64,000 nt of DNA, from contig CM126224.1 of the NCBI GenBank assembly GCA_052327205.1, positions 28,644,001 to 28,708,000 of the forward strand, written 5' to 3'. This document shows positions 50,283 to 61,597 of this stretch, piece by piece. The notes beneath the pieces are model-generated. The model did no database searches. It was not told the origin of the DNA and was given only the letters and a program-made list of their open reading frames with translations. This DNA is from Somniosus microcephalus (taxonomy: Eukaryota). Made by a program: the position numbers and the translations under genes. Within the stretch, counting starts at the first letter, position 1. Each line of letters opens with the position of its first letter.

Positions 50283-50680
50283 GGGACTGGATGGCACAAG
50301 AGGTTCGATCTCTCGCCTCTGGGTGGAGTTCAAATCCAGTTCTGACTGCAAAAGTTCTTTTTCCTGTTTGCTGGCTGGTAGGAGCAGACATAAAATGGTT
50401 TTGGACAGTCTCATTCAAGTTGGCAGTGAGCATGGCTGCAGCACAAAACTGTCTCTTAATTCATCACCAATCTATTTAGAGAGGCCACACGATAGCCAGT
50501 GCAGGTCGGGGATGCTCTTCTGAAGTTGGGGCCGTGTTTCATTACTGGGAAGAGTAAAGGAGATTGACTCTACAGTTAACTCCAATGCACCTGACTTGGT
50601 GCTCATGCTGAAATTGTGTGCCTGAAATGGAAAGTGTTCCAGTCCCCAGCACTAACGACCCTCACATACAAGAGCAGAAA
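50283..50680 (+). mobile_element. LF-SINE-like element
   Basis: Begins GGGACTGGATGGC with B-box gttcaaatcc. The body (aaatggttttggacagtctcattcaagttggcagtgag..cacaaaact) resembles the recalled LF-SINE consensus. A similar relic lies at ~47980-48300. Confidence 0.5.
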
Positions 50681-51738
50681 AATTAAACATTTATTTTACA
50701 TTTCTCTTTGATTTGTCTCGGTATTTTCTTTATGATAATTTTATATATTCTTGTTTTGGCTTTAATATCTGTGTGTGCTATTAATATGCCTTTCCTATAA
50801 ATGAGGCGTCTAAGGAAGAGGGGATAAACATTCCTGATTTGCACTCGCACCAACTTTTTCAGTAAGCTTGTCAGGAGGAATTTCATTCTTCCTCCAGCAA
50901 AAGGATGGCCTTCTGCATTCTTTCCAAAATAAAAACGCAATAAATCTGTCAAGTGATCTGATGATCTGTCCTATTTGGCGTGGTTTTGGGGGAGTAAAGC
51001 AGACGAGGATAGATAGGAGATTGCCCGAGACTCTGGGTGGCAGTTGAACAGAGGTTGAGTCTATGATGTGTACTGTTGTTGTAAATACCAAGGAATCTTA
51101 CCTGAATCTGGTGTGGTCATTATACCAAAAGAGCAGAGAACAGAATTTTTTGAAGCTATCTTGGATGGTATCCTTCTTAATCATTGGATCTGCGGACCCA
51201 TTATCTGTCTTAATACTGTCAACACGAAAAGCTCTGGCCAGATAAATGAGGGTCCTTACAGGTAACATGGGTTCCAACAATGTCCCCTAACCCAAGACAT
51301 TTCTGTCTTCCTCAGGTAATTGAAGACATGGGTGGACCAGTCAGTATGACTGTATGCCATTACTTTTAGAAAAGTCTGCCCTGGTACGACACGTTGCATT
51401 GGTCTGTTTGGGGAAGTCGGTGCAAAGATGTTCTGGGGTATATGCCAAAGAGATTTTGGTATTGGAAGCTCTGAAGTTTCCCTCTAATAGTGATCTAGGT
51501 CAAATTTCCTTTGTTGATTTTAGCACCAAAATAGCTTGTATTAAAGAAAATAGTTGCTTATTTAACCTCTGGGCAGAGCTTTGCATGCCTTGCCCTTCAG
51601 TGGGGTTATGCTGAGGATTACGGTCTTGACCCAATCGTGTTATTACAGGGTTTCCCATTCCTGACTCCAGAGTGATTATTGTTCAAGGGTAGCTTTGTTG
51701 CACTGTTAGGCTCCAGAGGAGTGATCTTTAACTCTTGC

Positions 51739-51974
51739 GAATACAAAAGCAAAATACTGCGGATGCTGGAAATCTGAAATAAAAACAGAAAATGCTGGAA
51801 ATACTCAACAGGCCAGGCAGCATCAGTGGAGGGAGAAAAACAGTTAACGTTTCAGGTCGATGACCTTTCATCAGAACCCTGACGAAAGGGTCGTCAACCT
51901 GAAACGTTAACTCTGTTTCTCTCTCCACAGATGCTGCCTGACCGGCTGAGTATCTCCAGCATTTTCTGTTTTTA
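51739..51974. mobile_element. Palindromic Penelope-type non-autonomous insert with two hammerhead cores
   Basis: Long inverted repeat centred near 51878. 12-bp TSD tttaactcttgc (51727-51738, 51975-51986). Confidence 0.85.
51843..51877 (-). ncRNA. Minimal type I hammerhead ribozyme motif
   Basis: Minus strand GTT-CTGATGA-A-AGGTC-ATC-GACCT-GAAAC-GTT-AAC gives stem I GTT/AAC, core CUGAUGA, stem II AGGUC/GACCU, GAAA, and a loopless palindromic stem III with a GUU cleavage triplet. Confidence 0.65.
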
Positions 51975-52451
51975 TTTAACTCTTGCTACTTTGTTCTCCC
52001 CAAAAAAGGTTATTCATACCCACCCTGGATCAGAGAAAACTGAACAAGTGCCTCAAATGAGCAGTTAAAAACAGGCTGCTGTAATCAGTCAGGTAATATC
52101 CCAGGGGACTTGATGACTGCCAAAGATTTAAACAATGCCTCTCTCGTTTTAACCACCAGGGAAGGGAGTACCTTGCAAAATTTCTGTCTTTCAAGGTGAT
52201 AGGCGAGCACTACTACAGGGGGTTGTTCTTCGATCTAGTCGCAGTACACAAGCTCTAAGTGTATGTCTGTGATAACTGCTGATGGTTATCTCCGTGTTTG
52301 CTCTTATCTAGGTGACTGACTCATATGGAAACACTTGTAAAGAAAGCAACAAAGTACTCCTGGCAATAGAGCTATTTACTTACCTCGGCCCCTTGGTGGA
52401 TCTGAGTTGGTACCTTCCAGAATCCTCCTTTTATTAGGAATCCACTCCTCC

Positions 52452-52905
52452 ATAAGAACATAAAGAATTAGGAACAGGAGTAGGCCATACGGCCCCTCGA
52501 GCCTGCTCTGCCAATCAATAAGATCATGGCTGATCACCCACCTCCACTCCCCTAGAGTCCAAAAATCTATCGATCTCAGCTTTGAATATATTCAACAACT
52601 GAGCATTCACAGCCCTCTGGGGCAGAGAATTCCAAAGATTCACAACCCTCTGAGTGAAGAAATTCCTCCCGATCTCAGTCTTAAAAGGCTGCCCCTTATC
52701 CTGAGACTATGCCCCCGAGTTCTAGACTCTCCATCCAGGGGAAACAACCTCTCCTCATCTACCCTGTCGATCCCCCTTAGAATCTTATGTTTCAATGAGA
52801 TCACTTCTCATTCTTCTAAACTCCAGAGAGTATTGGCCCAATCTACACAATCTCTCCTCATACGAAAACCCTCTCATCCCAGGAATCAGTCGAGTGAACC
52901 TTCTC
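52452..52905 (-). mobile_element. CR1 LINE 3' fragment
   Basis: cataagaacataaagaattaggaacaggagtaggccat..cagagaattccaaagattcacaaccctctgagtgaagaaattcctc. Confidence 0.85.
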
Positions 52906-55257
52906 TCAGACCAAGTATCTGGACATTCATTTATTTATTTCTGAGCACCAACGTTCAAACAAAACCCAATACTAATCCACTTCGCTGCCAAAAGATTAGC
53001 AAAACAGCATTTTAAAACCCATAACCAAAGTAGACCTGTAGGTGTAGAACACTATTGTGAACTAACAGATGGGGTAATCGCTGCAAGGTTCTAGACGTTG
53101 ATGCACTGGAGAACGATACAGCTGTAAAAGACTCAAAGTAGTTTTAATGATTCTGGATTATTCAGGTACGGAGCACTTCATGTTTATTGCTCACGAGTAA
53201 GAACACAATGCTATTTCACTAAAGGACCTTATGTAGAGAAATCATTTCCTGTGATCTCTCTTTTATTGAAACTTTTCTCCCTGCTTCTCCTGGGGTTTTG
53301 ATTCATTTTGGTATTGTTCTATAGGTGTCAGTAGTTTCCTGGTACTTTGCTAAATGGCCATTTTTAGACTGTGAGTATCAGCAGACTGTTGAATGACAGG
53401 AGGGGCGTATTGCAGCTGAGCCTGATCTCGAGAGGATGGCGAGGAGAAGCACTTACTTCTACAGTTGTTTCCTCATATAAATATTTTAAATACAATTGTA
53501 ATTTATTTTACCCGGCGCAAGAAAAAAGAACAATTATTTCAATTTGTATCCTTTTGGTTGGGGGAACTAAACTACTTTTTCAGCTGAACCGTGTTTACTT
53601 TGTTGATTAATGAGTTTATGTTGCACTTGTGAAAGGGTAACCACTGTATTATATATTTATACATATAAAGACATACACCTTCATACAATGTGACACCGTT
53701 GAATTATTCATAAGTTTTACTTCTGACTGTGTGTGGGGTGGGGAGGACGGAATTGATCATTTCTCCCCCTTTATCTGCTCATTCATTAACTGAAGTGTAC
53801 ACATACCCAAAGTAATCCCTGTATGTTTCAACAGATTTTAACTGAACATGGGGCAATTGGTGACTTTATCTCAAGGCAGGAAATTCATTATTTAGATGAG
53901 TATGTTGGGAACTGGCAATAGAAAAAATGATGTTGGATTCTCGATAAGTTTCATTAGTGATTTTGTCCTGGGTTCAACTGTGGAATTCATTTACATCAGC
54001 CTTTATAGACGCTGCCTTAATAGTTTGAATGCTGCATTGTACCATGTGTTTTCCCTTGGAAAAAGACTTAGCCCAGTTGAACAAGCAATAGAATACCCAT
54101 CTTCCTACTAAAAGATATTAATTGAAATAACTGGTCATTTTTCTTGCAGAAGCCATTTAAAGTAACTAGAAATAAACTACAATTGCACTTAACAGCTCGT
54201 TGGTTTCCTTGAAAATACACACATTTGTACATGTGCCAAAACCCTGCATGTCATATAGGAGTCCACCAATTTTCTTTTGTTATCCTTGATTACTGCTTTT
54301 AGTTGCTTAGCAGTAAATTGTGCCAGTCAACTTTGGAATATTAAAGTGGCACAAGGAGTGAGGGTAATGGGGAGAAAAAGCAAAGTCTTGTGCAAACGTA
54401 TAGGTTTCCAATTGGTTAACATTTTTCAGTGGGGCTTGATGGGGTATGTCTGTGAGAGTGGATTGCTCGGTTTTTAAATAGAAATGAGATGAGTGATCAT
54501 CAGTGATGTCCAAAGGTTAATAGGCTAATTATTTGGATGCTTAAATGCTTTGGCAATGACATTGGCATGAGGGAGTCTGAGATTGAGCTAGTTCGTCAAT
54601 TAGTCTCGAGGAGTTGTTGCACTTGGGGCTTACGATGCTGGAGCATAATTCAGTGCAGATAGGATTTGCACAAAATACTGACGTCAGTGTGCATAGAATG
54701 TTCCAGAAAATGTCAACCTTGTATGCTGGTGTTGTCTCCAATTTTTAAAGGTTGGGAGATTTGTCCCAAGCCTACATTTAATGAAACCTTCCAGAAGAAC
54801 TGAAATGTTTTGGGTTTGGGAAATTCCCTCGTACATTAATCAGCAGAAAGTGAATTTAATGTCTACCTTTTATAGATTTCTTGAAATGTTACTAGCAAGG
54901 AATGGCAAGATAAGTATGCTCATTATAAACTGAAAATGATGCACAAACTTGTATTTGCATAACATTTTGATAAATTTGCATTGCATTTCATATTCTGAAT
55001 TACATTTCACTATTTGCATGTGCTTTTCCAAATTAAAATACAATGGTTATTAAATATTTAATATATAGAAAAAATGTTTTAAGATTCCCCCTCAGTTTTT
55101 TTTTCACATTAATCTGATTCTTCATTCCACATCCTCCATGCATCTTGGGAATATAGCCTAGATCAAAGTGCTGGGGAAACCATATGAAAATAGCACCATG
55201 ATGTAGCAATGGTGGTGCCGCACGTGAATTCTTACTCCCGTGTCTTGCAAAATCATT

Positions 55258-55858
55258 GGCCCTGATATTTATGGGGAGGGTGCGGGGTAGCGTGGGGAAA
55301 AGACGGGAACATTGAGTGGGCGGGGGGGGGGGGGGGGAGGGAGGAAGGAGGGATGGGGGAGAGAGAGGGGCCATTGTGGGAGGGGGGGAAAGGCCAGACA
55401 TCGGTGCTTGGGGGCGCGGCGGAAGGTCTGCGATCGTGGGGGGGTGGGGGGGGCGCAGTGGAAGAGAGAGGCTGTGATCAGCAGAGCGGAGGCCGAAGGC
55501 TTCCTTGAGGGGGTGGGGGACAGAGGGGGTGGGGGACAGAGGCATTCCTGCTCCTCCTGGCCCACAAGAAGTGCTGTAAAAGGCACTTACCACCTTGAGC
55601 TGGCAGCTCTTGTCTTCCTTTCATTGCCGGGTTTCCCGAGCCCTGTTAGTAACAGCAACTGTTAAATCAGGATTCCAAGTGCACTTAGAGCCTGATTTAA
55701 ATATGTTAATGAAGTGTCACGCCTCTCCTTGGCAGCTCAGTTGCACGCCACAAAACCCGCTGCCATGAAAAGAGCGGCAGGTTGGGGTTGCATTACCCGT
55801 TTTTCATGTTTACCATCCACCCTCTCCCGCTCGTCATGGGCGAGCGTTAATATTGAGG
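55258..55858. mobile_element. Probable degenerate Harbinger-type MITE, G-rich
   Basis: GC-rich island with degenerate inverted termini (ggccctgatattta / taatattgagg). Confidence 0.4.
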
Positions 55859-56489
55859 TAATTGTGTCAGTTTATTTTAATGCAAGCACAGACACTTCGC
55901 CCCTTGTGTCAGACCTACTTGTTAAAATTTGGGAAGTCACCAGCCTCCGAATAGGAGTAGTTTTGATTAGATTGACATTGGAACAGAAGTGGCCAAACTC
56001 TCTCTCTTTGTCGGTTGCTTGGGTGTACACCATGGAGCCTGGGTCACATATAAAGTTCCTGTTAGTTTGCATATATCTCAATCAGCCACTGTTTCCAGAT
56101 TTTGTTCTGATGTAGGATTTACTCACCAATGAGGCAACAGTGCTAACAGGCCTTTCCAAACTTCCAGACAATTTTCCCAAAATTCAGACAGGACAAACTC
56201 GATGAATAATAAATATAATTGCAAATGGAATTGAATTGTCTGACCATGGGCCAGATTTCCAAGGCTCAAATGTCACTTCTGTATTGAAATATAAAATACG
56301 CTATTATTTAAACTAACCAGCTCAGTTTTTTTTTCTTTTCACATTTTTAAGGAGCCTAAGTTATTGGCATCAGCCAATGAACCTCCAGAGAAATATTCTA
56401 ATGGGGTGCCCTATTCAGGATAACCATACTAAAGAAAGGAAAGTTATGTTCTTTGGATTGGTAATACTCTCGGAAAGAATGTGCATTTT

Positions 56490-56900
56490 TGTATTGCATC
56501 TTTCACATGCTCAAGCGCTTTCCAGCCAAGGAATTACTGTTGAAGTGCCATCTCCGTTGTTTTGTAGGCAGGCATGGCAGTCAATTTGCACACAGTAGGG
56601 TCCCACCAACAGCCGTGAGATAAATGATGTTGATTGAGGGATAAATATTGGTCATGGCATGGAGAACTCCCCTGCTGTTATTGTCATGGGATCTTTGACA
56701 TCTACCAAGGACCATTTATAGAGCAAATTAAAAAAAATAGCAAACTAAACAAACAGGTTAATTTTCATGATGGCAAAATACTGCGGATGCTGCAAACCCG
56801 AAATAACAACAGAAAACACTGGAAAAACTCAGCAGGCCAGGCAACATCCATGGAGAGAGAAACAGAGTCAATGTTTCGGGTCGAAACCTTTCTACAGAAT
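56490..56900. mobile_element. DeuSINE fragment (minus strand) followed by a half Penelope-type repeat
   Basis: ttgagggataaatattgg and gggatctttgacatctacc are reverse complements of the SINE at 27645. 56772-56900 matches the palindromic repeat arm. Confidence 0.6.
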
Positions 56901-59900
56901 TAATTTTCAGTTAAATTTGGGCCCAGAAATTATTGTCCCATCATTTTATCCACCACTGCACAAGTTATAACTGGAACTTTGCGGAAAGGAAAAATGATGC
57001 CAGAGGACTGAAGAAGGCTTGCTGTGCAAGTACATCGCCAAATGAAATTGGCAGTGCAGATAAAAAATTGTTGGGTGGAGAAACCATTCCGGTAGCAATG
57101 AGGTTGAAGAGGCTTTGCGAAGCAGTGAAGGAGGTCTGTGTGGAATGGAAGCTTAAATATTTTTTAAAGAAAGTGAAGGAAAAATTGTATAAGGCAGGGT
57201 TTGCTCATAGGTATTTTTGTGTATTTGATTGGGACTAATTGGATAGCTCTTGCAAAGAGCTGGCACAGACAAAATGGACCGAATGGTCACCTTCTGTGCT
57301 GTAAGATTCTATGATTCTTTGAATCTTGCCCTTTTTTTTTAAAACAAAAAACACACAATATAAACAGAATTGTGTGGATTTGAGTGGATTTACTTCTATA
57401 ATTATAAGCTTCGTGTCTACCATACATTTGCACGTGCAGGAAAACAAATCAAAATTGAGTTCATCGTGCCAAGAATCTGTTATATTTGCATTTGATTGAC
57501 TTAAATATACTCATTAAAAAATCATGGCTAACTGAGCATCAAATACTACTAAACATAAAAATGCTCTCAATAAAGGATCTGCATTTATCTCTAATAATCT
57601 TGGGCTCAGTATGCCTTGGAGGCAGTTTTCCAATGTTGTCACTGATCCTCACTTTTTAAACAAACAGAAATAAACTGAAAAAGCACACAGGTTTTAAATT
57701 TTTTTTGTAATTCTGAACTGTAACTGGTTGATTCTGAATGGGGCATTTTCAGAATTGAGCTTGGGAGGCTAAGTAACGAGTGACTGCCACCACCAGCAAT
57801 CCTTTGAAACAAAATCTGTTAGAAAATTATGATTAAAATTGTTTTTCCTCTTTCTGTACTTCTGATTAGGTCATCAGCATTCACTATTTAAAACAGAAGA
57901 ACTGGCTTGAGGTGTTACTGAGCTGAATAGTTCAAAGGGGCTCAATTAACACAAATCGAAATCCAGTCATTAACCTGGGGGGATTTCAGTTGCAAAGTAG
58001 AGCTCCCTTAAGTTGTTTGATGAAAAAAAATTGGAAGAAATGAATAGAATGATAATTCTGACCGTGATAGAGAAACTCTTTTATTGAATTGCTGCTGTAA
58101 AATTTCTTAATCTTGAACAACTGGAGGTACATTCTTGTTGCTCTGAAGGCCTGGGCCTGGAGAGAGGCTAGTATATGTTTAAAAATAAACATTTACATCC
58201 AGCTTATAAACGTCTGCTAGTCAGAGGACAACTAAAAACTTGTCCAGAAATGTAGGTTGATTCTTGATTTCTGAATCTTTATTAATATCAATGAGAAGAA
58301 TAAATTCATGACCAATCGAACATTTTGCACAGCAGCATTTTGTTTGAAGTCAGCATCTTTAAGTATTTTTGCTCAAAACTTTGCAATTGAAGCTAGCTTA
58401 ATCGATGAGCTGTAGTCATCAATATGTGTATGGTTGGAAATATTGATCGGTGAGGATTTTAGACAGTGCATGTGAAGCTTATAATGTCAGCAGTAGTTTG
58501 ATAATGATAAGAGTGGAACCTGGGGGAATGGAGACAGGTGGTGCATGTCCTAAAGCCAGCAGTGACATGGCTGCTTTGAATCCCACAAGAGACATGGATC
58601 ATGCCCTACTCTTTGCAAATGTGACTGCATGGTACATACCAGTTTCCTGTTCAAAATAACAAGCCAGAAACCAAATCACAAAATAAATGATTGTTGAAAT
58701 GAGAAACAATAGGATTTTCAGAAAAAGTGTAGTCTTAGAATCCTTAAAAATGTACATATAGTTTAGCTACTACTATATTTAACATGTTTTATTGCTTTAA
58801 TGATTTATTGCAGTAATTTTGCTGCAATTTTCTATATCGAAGTAATGCTGGTTTTAACTATACAATACTTCATAACATATAGTACAGATACATTGTTAAC
58901 TGCTCTGTTCATTTGTTTGTCTTTGTGTGTTCAAACCTCACCAGGCTTGGTTGATTCATAATTTTCTTTTGCCATGAGTAAGTTACTTCGGTAAAATGCA
59001 ACTTACATCTTCTCTAGGATGCATTTTGACATTTAGCCTGCATGCATTGACTTGATCTGCTTTTCAAATTTAGTGTGCACAAGAAGACCATGCTGATTTT
59101 AACTAGAAAACTGTTTGAATGCATTTAATTAAATGGACTAGATTTCTGCCCAATTCATTGTCAGTCAGCACAGGATCTAGCCCAGCCCAGATTTTATTGT
59201 TTAAAACATTGTCTGGTGGTATATACACTATGATATTTATAAAGTATATAATTTAATCATTTTAAATCTACAAAATTGAGTTATGTGCATACTTTTTTTG
59301 AATGCAAGTTTCCTCTATAATGATGTAGTTCCTGTGAACAACAATCCAGTATCTTAAAATCCTTTTTAACATTCAGTGCTACCTTATCCTTTGCAAAGTA
59401 TGTATGGGTAAAGTGGATGGTATCTCATAAGAGTATTGAAAACTAATAGATAAACTTAGAAATCTGGGCTTATGAGGCATTAAACAATTCTTGTGTGCTG
59501 AATGAATTCCCTTAATGTTTATTAGTGCATTGGAACTGATAATTGTAAAAAGATATGGGTGAATACAATCAATGAAGAGTGCGAGACTTTTTGGAAGGTG
59601 GGAGAAGGGTGAACTGGTGTCTGGTGGGATACAGCTTGCAATCCCGTATCAGTTACTTTGCACTGTCTCTGAAGTGGTTCTGGCATGGGACCCGATGAAG
59701 TGGGGTTACTTTTGCGGCAGAAGCAATTCATAGTTCAGAATTCAGAGAGTTTATATTAAGGTACCAAGGGTAGCTTGTAGATGGCTGGTCTGTTACAACA
59801 TGTGGTTGACAGGGTAAAGGGGGTAATGGATCACAAGACTGATTCTTTGCTGTCACTTGATTACAGCTATAGTTACAGCAGCATCACATTGTATGATTTA

Positions 59901-61547
59901 GAACAAACATTTGTGCAAGAAAACCTGTTGAAGGAATAAAATATGTTTTACATGATTTGCGATGACTGCACAACTAAGTGCACGGACTGTTTAAGCCGAA
60001 GTTACTGCCAGAAATTTATAGTGTTCAGCATTCAAGAGCACTGGTAAGAGAACTGCTACGTGTGCAAAGTAATGTTTAATTTATCAGGAAGGTTCAAATT
60101 GGCTTTAGGCAATCCAGCCACAGCTTGAACTGGTTCGCTGGGACCACAGGAAAATTTAATTAGCTATTTCTCATCCACATGTAAAATGTATGAATATAAA
60201 GTGAAGATGTAATTAACATTACAAACCATTTTATGAAAATTGTTTGTGTAGAGTAAACTACATGGTCTGTAAGCTGCAAATGCACAAATGTCATCTTGCT
60301 ATAATGAGGATTTAAAAAAATATTTTACCTCACCTGAAGGTAAATAGATTTTTTAAAGGAAGGAAACAGTTTTAAAAAGAAATTGATACTATCAAACTGT
60401 TCGATAGTTAAATGTATTTTTAAAGTGTTTTTTTGATTTCTGATGTGCTGCCAAGTACTAAAGCATAGTGGGAAATGTGTTTAACCTGATAAAGGATAAA
60501 AAGATTGTAGCTATGAGGAAAAAGATTTCAAGTAACCTAAATTTATAATTTTCTAAAAGCCCTAATAATGTTGGCTTAAATGTTATACGAATATATTGAA
60601 TTTAATATAGTCTAATGTACATATTTTTACAAAAGTGGAAAAAGACAGAGATTAGCAATCTCTCTTATTTGAGGTTTGAGTTTGCTTTTTAAATTGGATT
60701 TTCAGTTTTTGCCGCATAGGATCCCTTATCTGAACAGATGTTTTTTTTCCAAACTACCCCTGTCCTTTCTGCCCCCTCATTGCTTACACAGGTAATGTGC
60801 TCCACAGCATTTTTATTGATTGCATTGTCCCAGTAGTAGGCGCTTGAAACTTGACCTCAAGACTTAAAAAAAAACTATATATGTATTAAACTTTTAATAA
60901 TCTAATGTTGCAGCTGTCAGGTAGCATGTAATTTAAAAATCAAACCATACTTTTTTTAAACCATCGTTTGTGATGAAAAACAGTTAAGTATTTCACGTGC
61001 CTACCATTTTGTATTGCTTAAAAAACTGACAGACTGGAGAAAAGAGATGCTGCTTTTTGTGGTCTTCTCTTTTGTCATACTCTACCATTGGTTTTCTAAT
61101 CCCATCAGCCCCTGTTTCTAGGTAACAGCCAAAGCTCTGGCAGCAGTGGCAGTCTGGGCCAAGATAAGCCCATGTGGTTTGGTGTTATTTAGTATGATCC
61201 ATATGGTCAGGCTGAAGAGAGTCCCAGGAGGGGTGTTAACACTCAGCATCCCAACCTCCAATCCCCTAGGAGGTTACGTGAGGTAGCCCCTGCAGCCTGT
61301 TCATGTGTGAATCTTGATCATTTTTTCCATATTTAATGAAGTTTGATATTGTTTATTATTACAAGTGATTGACTGCTCACTGTTTCTTTCTATAATTGAT
61401 AAGTGCCCTACTTCATCTGTCTCCCATTTTGTCATGGAGCGAGTGAGGGCGGGGGGTGGGAGAGAGGAAGGTGTAATTGTATGGTGCAGTTAATATTATA
61501 TTTATTGGCCCCATAAGATGCATAAATTCTCTGTTTTCTCTCCACAG

Positions 61548-61597
61548 GAAGTTCTGCAGACATTGACCAAGTTTTGCTTCCCTTTCTATGTGGACAG
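61548..61597 (+). CDS. DENND1A: DENND1A internal coding exon (equivalent to human exon 4), 50 bp
   Basis: Polypyrimidine tract ctctgttttctctccacAG and donor AG|GTactg. Translates EVLQTLTKFCFPFYVD(S/R), the direct in-frame continuation of the previous exon in DENND1A. Confidence 0.95.

Larger units (their letters stand above)
50750..52450 (-). mobile_element. Possible highly decayed L1/Tx1 ORF2 C-terminal relic
   Basis: Fragmentary peptides LPVRTL, DTIQDSFKKFC and FLFWKECRRPSF resemble the zf-RVT and WKxRN region. Weak. Confidence 0.3.

Noticed and set aside
51098-51280. IKTDNGS resembling an integrase SDNG motif
   Set aside because: No other integrase motifs in register; neighbouring fragments fit a decayed LINE better.
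55033-55665. 186-aa proline-rich ORF and overlapping ORFs
   Set aside because: Low-complexity G/C tracts in a probable MITE.
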